From the IMG/VR virus record IMGVR_UViG_3300022074_000022: a stretch of DNA of 64,000 nucleotides; one strand, written 5' to 3'. This stretch comes from an uncultured virus (IMG/VR IMGVR_UViG_3300022074_000022) (taxonomy: Duplodnaviria; Heunggongvirae; Uroviricota; Caudoviricetes). The position numbers were made by a program, and so were the translations under genes. How positions within the stretch are numbered: the stretch's first letter is position 1; the number at the start of each line of letters is the position of its first letter. Positions 63,853-64,000 of this stretch are shown piece by piece. The notes beneath the pieces were generated by a model that saw nothing but the letters and a program-made list of their open reading frames with translations, made no database searches and had not been told where the DNA came from.

Positions 63853-64000
63853 CCTCTTTCGTCTCGAACTTAATTTACTGCGAGACGGTAACATAGAGAT
63901 CACCTGTGACTCTGTTCGTCCAGAAGACTTCGAACGCTCAATGAATCAAGGGATGCCGGAGTATGAAGGTTCACACTCAGTAGCATCCCTAATTCGTTAC
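63836..64000 (+). CDS. Conserved hypothetical protein, partial (unit B)
   Basis: MKQAANLFRLELNLLRDGNIE...GMPEYEGSHSVASLIRY; homolog of 13425-13637. Confidence 0.75.
   Translation, partial: MKQAANLFRLELNLLRDGNIEITCDSVRPEDFERSMNQGMPEYEGSHSVASLIRY

Larger units (their letters stand above)
50811..64000. mobile_element. Phage genome unit B (related, diverged, partial: early and replication modules)
   Basis: Gene-by-gene synteny with 1-13637, with many substitutions and different accessory genes. Confidence 0.9.

Overview
The window is entirely bacteriophage DNA, with no host genes, rRNA, tRNA or CRISPR seen. Bases 1-50810 are one apparently complete ~50.8 kb podovirus genome (unit A). Its family A DNA polymerase has a DnaJ-type CxxCxGxG insert, the hallmark of HMO-2011-type marine phages, so the host is probably a marine alphaproteobacterium (inference). 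Unit A has leftward early genes (170-2791 and 47869-50946) and a rightward replication module (primase, helicase, split PolA, SSB, exonuclease, endonuclease I, MazG, DUF3310, class II RNR; 2935-13637). A long leftward late region (13624-47180) carries TerS, TerL, a tyrosine recombinase, portal, a muramidase-bearing virion protein, scaffold, capsid, lysis genes, tail genes and ejection proteins. Bases 50811-50922 repeat bases 1-112 exactly. The sequence then continues as a syntenic but clearly diverged second genome (unit B, early and replication genes only), which is either an assembly chimera or a real heterodimer. The best leads are: a tyrosine recombinase with an ejection-protein-like tail coupled to TerL; three candidate structured RNAs; a PolA split conserved in both units; a LexA DNA-binding-domain-only gene between 17-bp direct repeats; peptide motifs shared among late proteins; and a phased TGACAA..GACAC DNA motif. 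All family assignments are by-eye motif recognition; no searches were run.
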